This document shows, in pieces, positions 49,457 through 59,041 of a stretch of 64,000 bases of DNA (positions within the stretch are counted from its first letter, which is position 1; each line of letters begins with the position of its first letter). The notes beneath the pieces are model-generated. The model did no database searches and was not told the DNA's origin. It saw only the letters and a program-made list of their open reading frames with translations. Made by a program: the position numbers and the translations under genes. The stretch is from Spirochaetia bacterium (lineage in GTDB: Bacteria; Spirochaetota; Spirochaetia; SZUA-6; Bin103): positions 128,001 to 192,000 of the forward strand of contig OZ241907.1 in NCBI GenBank assembly GCA_965203515.1, read 5' to 3'.

Positions 49457-50572
49457 GTGATCAGGGAGAGGACCGTCGCTACGACGCGGTCGATGCGCGG
49501 CTGGCTCCTGTTCGGGGTCGGCGTCGCCGCCGTGCTGGTGGGCGCGGTGCTCGCCGGCCGCGCGTTGCGGACGCCGACCGCCGACCAGGCGTTCGATCCC
49601 GTGACCGGGGCCGACCGGCTGCAGGCGTTCACGACGATCTTTCTGGGCATCTTCATCGAAGCGGCGCCGTTCGTGGCGATCGGCGCCCTGCTGTCCGGCG
49701 TCATCGAGACCGGCGTGAGCGCACGGACGCTGGCCCGCTGGGTGCCGGACCGGCCCGGAGCCGGCGTGCTGGCCGGCGCGGCGCTGGGAATGATCTTCCC
49801 GGTCTGTGAGTGCGGGGTGGTGATAGTCGTCCGGCGCCTCTTGCGCAAGGGACTCCCGCCGCCGGTGGCGATCGCCTTCCTGCTCGGCGCGCCGGTCCTC
49901 AATCCGGTGGTGATCGCCAGCACGGCGACGGCGTTCGGGTTCGGCTGGATGCTGGCCGCCCGCCTGGGACTCAGCCTGGTCGTGGCGGTCACGGTAGCGA
50001 CCGTGTTTCGCACGGCTCGCCCGGACGACGTTCTGCCGGCCGGCGGGGACGCCGGCCACGATCATCACGATCACCCCCATCACGATCACGATCATCACGA
50101 TCGAGGTCGCCATGGTTGCGGGCGCGAACCGGCGCCGGCGCCGCTCGGGCGCCGCCTCGGCCCGTTCGCGTTCGACTCGCTGCTGCACGGAGCCGCCGAT
50201 CTGTTCGACATGGGCCGTTATCTGGTTATCGGGTGCGTCCTGGCCGCCCTGCTGCAGACCGTGATGCCGCAGTCGGTCCTGCTGGACATCGGCCGCGGCG
50301 GCGTCGGATCGGTGGCGACGATGCTGGGGCTCGGTTACCTGCTGTCGGTCTGCTCGTCCGTCGACGCCTTCCTGGCGTTGGCGTTCACCAACACCTTCGC
50401 ACCGGCATCGATACTGGCGTTCCTGGTATTCGGCCCGATGGTCGACGTCAAGAGCACGTTGCTGTTCCTGCGCGTCTTCCGCCCCGGCGCGGTGATCTAC
50501 CTGATCGTGCTGCCGCTGGTCGTGACCTTCACGGCAGCGGTGATCCTGCACAATCTGGTTCCCTGGGCGTGA
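49457..50572 (+). CDS. Permease (DUF318/COG0701) with His-rich loop
   Basis: EAAPF, PVCECG, AFLLGAP.LNP, SVCSSVDAF and GPMVDVK; HDHHDHPHHDHDHHD loop. Start could also be 49493. Confidence 0.88.
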   Translation: MIRERTVATTRSMRGWLLFGVGVAAVLVGAVLAGRALRTPTADQAFDPVTGADRLQAFTTIFLGIFIEAAPFVAIGALLSGVIETGVSARTLARWVPDRPGAGVLAGAALGMIFPVCECGVVIVVRRLLRKGLPPPVAIAFLLGAPVLNPVVIASTATAFGFGWMLAARLGLSLVVAVTVATVFRTARPDDVLPAGGDAGHDHHDHPHHDHDHHDRGRHGCGREPAPAPLGRRLGPFAFDSLLHGAADLFDMGRYLVIGCVLAALLQTVMPQSVLLDIGRGGVGSVATMLGLGYLLSVCSSVDAFLALAFTNTFAPASILAFLVFGPMVDVKSTLLFLRVFRPGAVIYLIVLPLVVTFTAAVILHNLVPWA

Positions 50573-51339
50573 ACGGGAGCGGTGGTCGCCGCGGCGGCGG
50601 CGGACGCCTGCTCGACCGTTCGCGGTTGGCGGCGGCGGTCGTGCTGTACGGCATCGTGGCGATCCTGTTGCACCGCCTGCTCACCGGCACGCTGGTCTAC
50701 TACGTCAATCGCCGTTACGAATGGCTCACGTGGGTGGCGGTGGCGGGGCTCGGCGCCATGGCGCTGGCGCTGTCGGCGGCCGCGTGGCGGACGGCTTCGC
50801 GGAGCGCTTCGGGGCACGGCGCGCGCACGGCCTGGAGCTCCCTGGCGGTGCTGGCCCTGCCGGTGGCGCTGGGGTTGGCTCCGCAGCAGCCCCTGGGGTC
50901 GGCCGCGCTTGACAACCGGCAGGTCGCGGTCGCCAGCCTGCCGCCGACCGCCGAGCGCGCCGTAACCCGGATCGACGCCTCGGAGCCGCAGCGCCGGTCG
51001 ATGCTCGACTGGCTGGTGGAGTTTCACTTGGCTGACGATCCGCACCGGTTCGTTGGCCAGGAAGCGCAGATCACGGGATTCGTGTACCGCGACGACGCAC
51101 GGCTCGGCCCCGAGCAGGTGCAGCTCAGTCGTTTCCTCATGAGTTGCTGCGTGGCCGACGCTACCGCCATCGGCATAGTGGTGCAGGCGCCGGAGCTGGC
51201 GGTGGTGCCGGACGACCGGTGGCTGACGGTTACCGGGCGCTTCGCTGTGGGAGAGATCGACGGCGCGCAGGTGCCGGTGCTGGTCGCCGACGACGTCGAG
51301 CGGATCGATCCCCCGCCGGTCCCCTACCTGTACTACTGA
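50569..51339 (+). CDS. TIGR03943/DUF1980 family putative permease subunit
   Basis: L.YYVN.RY, ITGFVY, RFLMSCCVADA and PYLY. Confidence 0.88.
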   Translation: MNGSGGRRGGGGRLLDRSRLAAAVVLYGIVAILLHRLLTGTLVYYVNRRYEWLTWVAVAGLGAMALALSAAAWRTASRSASGHGARTAWSSLAVLALPVALGLAPQQPLGSAALDNRQVAVASLPPTAERAVTRIDASEPQRRSMLDWLVEFHLADDPHRFVGQEAQITGFVYRDDARLGPEQVQLSRFLMSCCVADATAIGIVVQAPELAVVPDDRWLTVTGRFAVGEIDGAQVPVLVADDVERIDPPPVPYLYY

Positions 51340-51342
51340 GCG

Positions 51343-52728
51343 ATGCGTCAGTTGGATCGCACCGCGCTCGCCACACTCGGCGCGGTCGCCGCCATCGCGG
51401 CGGTGGCGGTGGCGGTCGGCGATCGGGTCGGCCTGCAGGTCGTTTCGGTGACGCCGGAGGCCGGCGTCGATCAGGTATCGACGCTGGCGAGGATCGAGGT
51501 ACGGTTCTCGGAGTCGATCGATCCCGCCGGGCGTTCGGTGCGGCTTGCCATCGATCCGCCGATCGAAGGCGCGCTGCGGTGGGGCGCCCGCACGCTGCTC
51601 TTCGATCCGCACCGCGCGCTGTCCGCGCGCACGCGGTATACGGTGCGCCTCGACGGGACGTTGCAGGCATCTTCCGGTCGCCGCCTGCGCGCCCCGGTGG
51701 AGTGGAGCTTCGACACGGGGGCGTTGCGCATCGCCTACGTGACCGACGCGGCGTCCGGGCGCGACGGCATCGCCGCCCGCACCGTGCACGTGGCGGGCGG
51801 CGCGCTTGCGCCGGGCGCCGGCGGAGCGGAACCCGACGAACGAACGCTGGCGTCGTTCGAGCGGCCGGTGCGCGACTTCCAGCGGGCGCCGGACGGCGGT
51901 TCGCTGGCGGTGACGCTCGGCACGGACGGGTTCGCCGCCGACCTGTGGCTGATCGACGTGCAGGGCGCCGGCCGGCGCGAGTTGCTCGATTGCGGCGGCG
52001 CGGAGTGCAGCGGCGCTCGCTGGTCGCCCGACGGGACGGCGATCGTCTTTTCGCAGCGCCGTCTGCCGTTGCCGCCGCGTCCCTGGCTGATCGATCCGCG
52101 CACCGGTGATGCCCGCCCCCTGCTCGAAGAGGAGGTGATCGGGTTCGACCCCCGCTGGTCGTCGAACGGCGCGTGGGTGGCGTTCGTATCGCCTCTGGAA
52201 GGAGGATTGCGCATCGTCGGCGTGGCCGACGGCCGTACGGTGCTGGTTCCGACCCGGGCCGCCGCTCCGGCCGCGTGGCGTCCGGGCGCACTGACGTTGC
52301 TCACCTCGGACCTGCGCGAGACGTCGGGCGGACGGTTCGTCGACGTGGTGATATCGATCGACCTGGCCGATCTGTCGGTGCGGACGCCGCTCGGCGCGGC
52401 GCTCGGCGGCGCGGAGCACCGCGGCGGCCGTTCGCCGGCGTGGGCCCCGGACGGCGTCCGCTTCGCCTTCATCCGCATGACCGGTCAGGGCGAGCAGGTG
52501 TGGCTGGCGACCGCCGCGGACGGCGCCAACTTCACGGCCGCGCCGCTTGTCACGGCGCCGAGATTCACCTATCGGGAGATCGTGTTCGCACCCGGCGCGG
52601 ACCTTCTTGCGGTGCAGCGTTCGCGGCTGGACGTACCGTTTCCGCAGCCCGAGGTGGTGGTGCTCGATCTCTCCGGGCGGGTAGTCACGGTGATCGCGGA
52701 CGCGGCGACGCCGCGCTGGCTGCCGTGA
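51343..52728 (+). CDS. Ig-like (Big_5) domain + TolB-like beta-propeller membrane-anchored protein
   Basis: N-terminal TM helix, I.VRFSE.ID, L.F.P...L....YTV, WSF.T, then WSPDG repeats. Confidence 0.78.
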   Translation: MRQLDRTALATLGAVAAIAAVAVAVGDRVGLQVVSVTPEAGVDQVSTLARIEVRFSESIDPAGRSVRLAIDPPIEGALRWGARTLLFDPHRALSARTRYTVRLDGTLQASSGRRLRAPVEWSFDTGALRIAYVTDAASGRDGIAARTVHVAGGALAPGAGGAEPDERTLASFERPVRDFQRAPDGGSLAVTLGTDGFAADLWLIDVQGAGRRELLDCGGAECSGARWSPDGTAIVFSQRRLPLPPRPWLIDPRTGDARPLLEEEVIGFDPRWSSNGAWVAFVSPLEGGLRIVGVADGRTVLVPTRAAAPAAWRPGALTLLTSDLRETSGGRFVDVVISIDLADLSVRTPLGAALGGAEHRGGRSPAWAPDGVRFAFIRMTGQGEQVWLATAADGANFTAAPLVTAPRFTYREIVFAPGADLLAVQRSRLDVPFPQPEVVVLDLSGRVVTVIADAATPRWLP

Positions 52729-53147
52729 CCGAGCGTCCCGCTCCGGCCGGCGACTGGGCGGTCCTGTTCGTCGACGGCGGATGCGTGCTCTGCCGGCGGC
52801 TGTCGCGCGTGGTGGTCGGCGCGGATGCGGCCGGCCGGCTGCGGGTGGCGCCGCTCGCCGGCGTGACGGCGCGCCGGCTGCTGGCGCCCGAGGACCGGAC
52901 GCAGGGCGACTGGGTGGTGCTGGTCGAGGGGCCGCGGACGTTGCGCGCCGCGGACGCCATGATGCGCACGCTGCGGCTCCTGGGGGGACGGTTCGGCGTG
53001 CTGGCGCGGGTGCTGGGCGTGCTGCCGCGCCCGGTGCGCGATGCGGCGTACCGTTTCGTCGCCCGCCGGCGCCGCGCCTGGTTCGGCAGCGTCGAGTCGT
53101 GTCCGCTGCCGGCGAGCGATCGCCGCCCGCACGCGGTGCTCGACTGA
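52725..53147 (+). CDS. DCC1-like thiol-disulfide oxidoreductase (DUF393)
   Basis: DGGCVLC (DxxCxxC) and RDAAYRFVARRR..WFG...C. Confidence 0.88.
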   Translation: MTERPAPAGDWAVLFVDGGCVLCRRLSRVVVGADAAGRLRVAPLAGVTARRLLAPEDRTQGDWVVLVEGPRTLRAADAMMRTLRLLGGRFGVLARVLGVLPRPVRDAAYRFVARRRRAWFGSVESCPLPASDRRPHAVLD

Positions 53148-53245
53148 TTCCGGCCGCCGGCGGCGGTAGGCCGGCACGCCTGCTTGGCCGTATACTCTCG
53201 GCCGAGGACCGGGGCCGAGTATCCGGTCGGTAATGAGGAGTCGCT

Positions 53246-54142
53246 ATGGCAGGTGAGGTGCAGGATACCGGCACGTGGACGGTCAAGACCGGACTGGCGC
53301 AGATGCTGAAGGGCGGCGTGATCATGGACGTGGTAACCGCCGAACAGGCCAGGATCGCCGAAGACGCCGGAGCGGTTTCGGTCATGGCGCTCGAGCGCGT
53401 GCCGGCCGACATACGCAAGGCGGGCGGCGTGGCGCGCATGGCCGATCCGACCAGGATCGAGGAGATCAAACGCGCCGTGACGATCCCGGTCATGGCCAAG
53501 TGCCGAATCGGACACTTCGTGGAAGCGCAGGTCTTGCAGGCGCTGGAGATCGACTACATCGACGAATCGGAGGTGCTGACGCCGGCCGACGAGGCCAACC
53601 ACGTGTGGAAGCACGATTTCACGGTGCCGTTCGTGTGCGGCTGCCGGAACCTGGGCGAAGCGTTGCGCCGCATCCGCGAAGGCGCCGCCATGATCCGCAC
53701 CAAGGGTGAGGCCGGCACCGGCAACGTGGTCGAAGCGGTGCGCCACGCCCGCAGCGTGCTGCAGGCGGTGCGGCGCGTGCGGGGGCTCAACGACGGCGAG
53801 CTGTCCGCCTTCGCCAAGGAGATGCAGGCTCCGTTCGAGCTGGTGGCGCAGGTGCGCGCCGACGGATCGCTGCCGGTGGTCAACTTCGCCGCCGGCGGCA
53901 TCGCCACCCCGGCGGACGCGGCGTTGATGATGCAGATCGGCGTCGACGGCGTATTCGTCGGCTCCGGCATCTTCAAGTCCGAGAATCCGCAACGGATGGC
54001 GGAGGCGATCGTCAAGGCGACCACCAACTACGGCGATCCCGACATCCTGGCCCAGGTCTCGCGCGGGCTTGGCGAGCCGATGCGCGGGTTGGAGATGACG
54101 GCGATACCGGCAGGCGAGCAGCTCGCCGTGCGCGGCTGGTAG
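53246..54142 (+). CDS. pdxS: Pyridoxal 5'-phosphate synthase lyase subunit
   Basis: [29 protein letters not shown] and [13 protein letters not shown]. Confidence 0.97.
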   Translation: MAGEVQDTGTWTVKTGLAQMLKGGVIMDVVTAEQARIAEDAGAVSVMALERVPADIRKAGGVARMADPTRIEEIKRAVTIPVMAKCRIGHFVEAQVLQALEIDYIDESEVLTPADEANHVWKHDFTVPFVCGCRNLGEALRRIREGAAMIRTKGEAGTGNVVEAVRHARSVLQAVRRVRGLNDGELSAFAKEMQAPFELVAQVRADGSLPVVNFAAGGIATPADAALMMQIGVDGVFVGSGIFKSENPQRMAEAIVKATTNYGDPDILAQVSRGLGEPMRGLEMTAIPAGEQLAVRGW

Positions 54143-54146
54143 ACGG

Positions 54147-54737
54147 ATGGCGGTGGGGGTCCTGGCGCTGCAGGGCGATGTGCGTGAGCACCTCCACGCC
54201 CTTGCCGCCGCGGGCCGGTCCGCAGTGCCGGTGCGTACCGCGGCGCAGCTCGAAGCGGTCGACGCGCTGATCATTCCCGGCGGCGAGAGCACCACCATCA
54301 TCAACCTCCTGCACGCCTTCGACATGACGGAGCGATTGACGGAATTGCTGCGCGGCGGCATGCCGGTGTGGGGAACGTGCGCGGGCATGATCGTGCTGGC
54401 GGCGGAGGTGCTCGATCCGCGTCCGGCGCCGTTGCGGCTGCTCGACATCGCCGTGCGGCGCAACGCATACGGCCGTCAGGTCGCCAGCTTCGAGGCGTTG
54501 CTGGCGGTGGAGGAGCTCGGCCCGACGCCGTTCCGCGGCGTCTTCATCCGGGCTCCGGCGGTGGAGCGGGTCGGCCGCGGCGTGCGCGTGCTGGCTGCGC
54601 TGCCCGACGGGCGGCCGGTGGCGGTGCGTCAGGGCAGCATGCTGGCCACGGCGTTCCATCCCGAGCTGACCGGGGACGATCGCTTCCATCGCTATTTCTG
54701 CACGTTCAGTCGCGGCGGCGGCGCGGATGAACGCTGA
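54147..54737 (+). CDS. pdxT: PLP synthase glutaminase subunit
   Basis: GVLALQG, PGGEST, GTCAG, FIRAP and FHPE. Confidence 0.96.
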   Translation: MAVGVLALQGDVREHLHALAAAGRSAVPVRTAAQLEAVDALIIPGGESTTIINLLHAFDMTERLTELLRGGMPVWGTCAGMIVLAAEVLDPRPAPLRLLDIAVRRNAYGRQVASFEALLAVEELGPTPFRGVFIRAPAVERVGRGVRVLAALPDGRPVAVRQGSMLATAFHPELTGDDRFHRYFCTFSRGGGADER

Positions 54738-55479
54738 AGGGCGGGACGCGGGCGGCGCGGTCCGAGCCGCGCCGGAACGGGATCTGATAGAGCGGCTCCG
54801 CGGCAACGTCGACGCGGTACGGGAGCGGGCGGCGCGGGCCGCCGCCCGCGCCGGACGGTCGATCGACTCGGTGCGGGTGATGGCGGTGACCAAGAACGTT
54901 CCCCGCAACCACGCCCTGGCAGCGGTGGCCGCCGGCATCGATCTGCTGGGCGAGAACCGGATACAGGAGGCGGCCGGCAAGCACGCCGACCGCCCCCGGC
55001 CGTATCGGCTCCATCTGGTCGGCCGTCTGCAGCGGAACAAGGCCAAGGACGCCGCTCGGTTGTTCGACGCGGTGCAGTCGATCGACGCCGTGCGCACCGC
55101 GGTCGCCCTGGAGCGGCGTTGCGCGGCGCTCGACCGGACGGTGGCGATCCTGCTGGAGCTGAACGCCTCCGGCGAGCCGGCCAAGGCCGGCTTCCCGACC
55201 GCCGCCGCCCTGCTGGAGGCGGCGGCCGAGATCGCCGTCGCCTGTCCGCATCTGCCGCTTGCCGGGGTGATGGCGATCGGCGCCCACAGCGACGATGAGG
55301 CGTTGGTGCGCGCTTCGTTCGCTCGGCTGCGCGCCGCGCATGAGCGGCTGCTCGCCGGCCATCCCGGCGCGGCGGTGCTGTCGATGGGCATGTCGCAGGA
55401 CTTCGAGTTGGCGATCGAGGAGGGGGCTACCCTGATCCGTCTGGGTACGGCGCTGTTCGGGCCGCGGCCGGCGCCATGA
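54727..55479 (+). CDS. yggS: PLP homeostasis protein (YggS family)
   Basis: AVTK, GENRIQE, G.LQRNK, LSMGMS.D and RLGTALFG. Confidence 0.94.
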   Translation: MNAEGRDAGGAVRAAPERDLIERLRGNVDAVRERAARAAARAGRSIDSVRVMAVTKNVPRNHALAAVAAGIDLLGENRIQEAAGKHADRPRPYRLHLVGRLQRNKAKDAARLFDAVQSIDAVRTAVALERRCAALDRTVAILLELNASGEPAKAGFPTAAALLEAAAEIAVACPHLPLAGVMAIGAHSDDEALVRASFARLRAAHERLLAGHPGAAVLSMGMSQDFELAIEEGATLIRLGTALFGPRPAP

Positions 55480-55943
55480 GCGGCGGCCGGCGGCGAACCC
55501 GCATGCCCGGCAGGCGATCGCCCGCGCGCGGATTGCTGGCGCTGCTGCTGATCGGAGCGGCCGCCGGCGGCGCCTGGGGTCAGGACGGCGACCGGCCCGC
55601 GCAGGAGGCGCCGGCGGGAGCGCTGAACGACCCGGTTCCGTACGAACGCTCGGAGTTTCCGGAATGGGCGCACGCGCTGCGCCGCGCGGAGGTGACGGCG
55701 ATCGGCTCCCTGCCGCTCACCTTGTTCGGCGTGCGCATGGTCTATGGCTTCGCCCGCTACGCCGCGCACGGCTTCGAGGCCGACGTGCGGCCGTTTCCCT
55801 TCGGGCCGATCGGCGGCGGCCCCGAGCTCACCAATGAGGAGATGCTCGGCATCGTCATCGGCGCTGCGGCGTTGTCCGTGACCATCGCGCTGATCGACGC
55901 GGACCTGCAGCGGACCAAGCCTCCGGCCGCTCGGGATCGGTGA
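55476..55943 (+). CDS. Hypothetical membrane protein
   Basis: Signal-like N-terminus, PY...EFP.W...LRRAE and two TM segments; coupled to both neighbours. Confidence 0.7.
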   Translation: MSGGRRRTRMPGRRSPARGLLALLLIGAAAGGAWGQDGDRPAQEAPAGALNDPVPYERSEFPEWAHALRRAEVTAIGSLPLTLFGVRMVYGFARYAAHGFEADVRPFPFGPIGGGPELTNEEMLGIVIGAAALSVTIALIDADLQRTKPPAARDR

Positions 55944-56881
55944 GGTCATCGCAGACCGTCGTCGGGGATGAACGCTTCGCGGGGGTCCGCCTGGACCACT
56001 ATCTGGCGGCCGGCCTGGGGCTGTTTCCGCGCAGCCAGGCGCGCTCCCGCGTCGACGCGGTCGCCGTCAACGGCCGTCCCGCGAAGTTGGCGACGCGCCT
56101 CTGCCGCGGCGACCGCGTTGCCGTCACCTACCGCGAACCGGAGCCGCTGGCGGCGCTGCCGGAGGCGATGCCGCTATCGATCCTCTACGAGGATGCCGAT
56201 GCGATCGTGCTGGACAAGCCGGCCGGCGTCGTTACCCATCCGGGGGCCGGCAACCGCACCGGCACCCTGCTGAACGGCGTGCTCGGTCACTGCCAATGCC
56301 TGCGCGGCGCGTTCCCGGATGAGCCGGTGCGGCCGGGCGTGGTGCATCGGCTCGACAAGGAGACCTCCGGGGTCATCGTCTTCGCCAAGTCCCCGGCTGC
56401 CCACGCGGCGCTGACCCGACAGTTCGCCCTCCGCAGCGTGGGCAAGCGCTACCTGGCGGTGCTCGACGGCCGCCCGCCGGCCGCGGACGGCACGGTCGAC
56501 CTGCCGATCGGCCGCTCGGAACGCGACCGCACCCGCTTCGCCGCGGCGGCCCGCGGGCGAGCGGCGATCACGCGCTACCGGCTGCTCGGCCCGCTGCCCG
56601 GCGAACGGTCGTTGGTGCTGCTGGCGCCGACCACCGGCCGTACCCACCAGCTGCGGGTGCACGCGGCCGCGCTCGGCTGTCCGGTGGCAGGCGACGATAT
56701 CTACGGCCATGCCCGGCGGTCCGGCCGGCCGTCGATGCTGTTGCACGCCGCGTCGCTACGCCTGCGGCTGCTCGGCGGCGAAGCGCCCCGGCGGTTCCGG
56801 GCGCCGCTGCCGGAGCGGTTCCGCGCGGTGCCGGGAGTGGTCGACTGCCTGACCGCGGTCAGCCCTGCAGATGGATGTTGA
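55940..56881 (+). CDS. RluA/RluD family pseudouridine synthase
   Basis: S4-like RLD.YL, DKPAG, VHRLDKETSG, TGRTHQLRVH and LHA. Confidence 0.93.
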   Translation: MRSSQTVVGDERFAGVRLDHYLAAGLGLFPRSQARSRVDAVAVNGRPAKLATRLCRGDRVAVTYREPEPLAALPEAMPLSILYEDADAIVLDKPAGVVTHPGAGNRTGTLLNGVLGHCQCLRGAFPDEPVRPGVVHRLDKETSGVIVFAKSPAAHAALTRQFALRSVGKRYLAVLDGRPPAADGTVDLPIGRSERDRTRFAAAARGRAAITRYRLLGPLPGERSLVLLAPTTGRTHQLRVHAAALGCPVAGDDIYGHARRSGRPSMLLHAASLRLRLLGGEAPRRFRAPLPERFRAVPGVVDCLTAVSPADGC

Positions 56882-57419
56882 AGCGCCGCTCGACGCCGAT
56901 CGTGGTCGGCGGCCCGTGGCCCGGCAGCACCACCTCATGGTCGGCGCGGCTGAGCAGCCGCTCGCGGACCGAGCACCGCAGGGTGGCGCGCGCTTCGGGC
57001 GTCGCCGCGCTGCCGACGGTACCGGCCGCCAGCGTATCGCCGGTGAAGATCACCGGCAGCACGGCGTAGCACACCGAGTCGGCGGAGTGGCCCGGCGTTG
57101 ACAGCACCTCGAAGGTGAGCGCGCCGATGCGTACCTCCTGGCCGCCGGCGATCACGTTGGTCGGCAGCTCGGCGAACGCCGCGGCGGCGTAGATCTCCGC
57201 GCCGAACACCTTCTGAATCGCGGCGGCGCCGGCGCAGTGGCGGTAATGGGCATGCGTCAGCAGCACCGCCCGCGGCGGCAGGTTGCGTTGCTCGATGTGG
57301 CCGAGCAGGGCCGCATTCAGATAGCCCGGATCGATCAGGACGCCGTAGCCGCCGCCATCGGGTCCGACCAGGTAGCAGGTGGCGAAACCGCCCGCGGCGA
57401 AGTGCGTGGAGATCGTCAT
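56859..57419 (-). CDS. MBL-fold metallo-hydrolase
   Basis: IDPG, THAHYRH, TPGHS, FTGD and PGHG. Confidence 0.85.
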   Translation of the reverse strand: MTISTHFAAGGFATCYLVGPDGGGYGVLIDPGYLNAALLGHIEQRNLPPRAVLLTHAHYRHCAGAAAIQKVFGAEIYAAAAFAELPTNVIAGGQEVRIGALTFEVLSTPGHSADSVCYAVLPVIFTGDTLAAGTVGSAATPEARATLRCSVRERLLSRADHEVVLPGHGPPTTIGVERRFNIHLQG

Positions 57420-57445
57420 GCCGTGTGACGTGTGCCGGCCTGCCG

Positions 57446-58027
57446 CTAGCGGCGGTGCGCTTCCGCCAGGTTGGAGGCGGGCGTGGTCAGGTCGCGCAGG
57501 TCGGCCAGCTCCAGATGGGCGTGATAGAGGTTGCAGTCGTCCATGGTGACCCGCCGCAGCGTGCCGCCGATGAACCGCGACGAGGTGAGATCGCAGCTCC
57601 GGAAGAGCGTTCGGGAGATCGTCGCCGCGACGAAGTTGCAGCGCTGCACGTCGCAGTCGTCGAACCCGCAATCGAGCAGCTCGCTGCCGGCCAGGATCAC
57701 CGCCGACAGGCGGCACCCGACGAAGCGGCAGTGCGACAGGACGGCGTCGTGCGCGAACACCAGGCTGAGGCGGCAACCCTCGAAGGTGACCCGCTCCAGG
57801 ACCGCTCCCGCCAGGCGGGTGCCGACCAGTCGGCGTTCGCGGAAGGTCCGATCGCGCAGCCGCACCCCGCTCAGATCGAGATGGGTCAGGTCGGCGTCGC
57901 CGGTCAGCAGGCGCTCCGCGCGCCGCTGGTAGGCGGCCGAATCCTCCACGTGGGACAGGCAGCGGCGTTCGCCGGTGAGCGCCGGCGCGCGGCATGCGGT
58001 GGCGGTGCAGACTGCCGGAGCGGTCAT
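57446..58027 (-). CDS. Pentapeptide repeat protein with N-terminal Cys/His motif
   Basis: Repeating A(D/N)LxG / CxFxx pentapeptides; C-x4-C...C..H at the N-terminus. Confidence 0.8.
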   Translation of the reverse strand: MTAPAVCTATACRAPALTGERRCLSHVEDSAAYQRRAERLLTGDADLTHLDLSGVRLRDRTFRERRLVGTRLAGAVLERVTFEGCRLSLVFAHDAVLSHCRFVGCRLSAVILAGSELLDCGFDDCDVQRCNFVAATISRTLFRSCDLTSSRFIGGTLRRVTMDDCNLYHAHLELADLRDLTTPASNLAEAHRR

Positions 58028-58090
58028 CCGGGGCCACCCTACCACGGACCGCGCGGGCGCCGGCTCCCTTGCGCCGATGACGGCGCACGG

Positions 58091-59041
58091 GTGACAGTCG
58101 CGCGGGTGGGCATCCACACGGGCCAGGTGCACCGCAGCGCCGGCAGCGTCTACGACGTGAAGGTGGGCGGAGCGATCATGCGGTGCCGCATCAAGGGCAA
58201 GACGCTGCGGGTCGAAGATCGCGTGCACGCGCCGATCGCCGTGGGCGACTTCGTGGAGATTGAGGCCGATCGCTACCAGGAGAACGGCGGCTGGATACTG
58301 AGCCGTCTGCAGCGCGCCACGCAGATCGATCGATGGAGCCGCAAGCACCGGGCCATGCAGGTGCTGGCGGCCAACGTCGACCAGGTCGCCTGCGTGACCG
58401 CGCCGGGCTCGCCTCCCTTCCGGCCGCGGTTCATCGACCGCCTGCTGGTGGCGGCCGAGCATGCCGGCGTCGACTGCCTGATCATCCTGAACAAGGTCGA
58501 TCTGGGCATACCGGCCGCGGTGGCCGAACGCATCGCCGACTACCGCCGCATCGGCTACCGCGTGATCGACTGTTCGGCGGCCACCGGAGCCGGCGTGGCC
58601 GCAGCGCGCGCGGCGGTCGGCCGGGCGGTGACGTTGATCTGCGGGCAATCCGGCGTCGGGAAATCGAGCCTGCTGAACGCCTGGGATCCCGGCCTGAAGC
58701 TGCGTACCGGAGTCGTGTCCCGCAAGTACGACCGCGGCGTGCATACGACGATCAACGCCGAGCTGCTGGAGCTCGGCGACGGCGGCCGCGTGATCGACAG
58801 TCCCGGCATTCGCGAGCTGGAGCTGGGCGCGATCGAAGCGCGCGACATTCGCCATCGCTTCCGCGACTTCCAGCGCTGGCTTCTGCGCTGCGAGTACAGC
58901 GCCTGCCTGTGTGACGGCGAACCGGGCTGTGCGGTGCGCGCCGCGGTGAGCGCGCGGCAGATCCATCCCGACCGCTACGAAAGCTACCGGCGCCTGCTGC
59001 GCGAAGTGCAGGCGCGGGATCGCGAGCGAGCGCACGCGTGA
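58091..59041 (+). CDS. rsgA: Ribosome small subunit-dependent GTPase A
   Basis: AANVD, NKVD, GQSGVGKSSLLN, G.HTT, DSPG and C-terminal Cys cluster EPGCAV. Confidence 0.94.
   Translation: MTVARVGIHTGQVHRSAGSVYDVKVGGAIMRCRIKGKTLRVEDRVHAPIAVGDFVEIEADRYQENGGWILSRLQRATQIDRWSRKHRAMQVLAANVDQVACVTAPGSPPFRPRFIDRLLVAAEHAGVDCLIILNKVDLGIPAAVAERIADYRRIGYRVIDCSAATGAGVAAARAAVGRAVTLICGQSGVGKSSLLNAWDPGLKLRTGVVSRKYDRGVHTTINAELLELGDGGRVIDSPGIRELELGAIEARDIRHRFRDFQRWLLRCEYSACLCDGEPGCAVRAAVSARQIHPDRYESYRRLLREVQARDRERAHA

Noticed and set aside
50497..53499. 1000-aa minus-strand ORF and similar long antisense or alternate-frame ORFs (e.g. 10623-13079, 35741-38083, 58984-61575, 62312-63955)
   Set aside because: Shadow ORFs of real genes in very high GC DNA: Arg/Ala/Pro/Gly-rich with no recognisable motifs.
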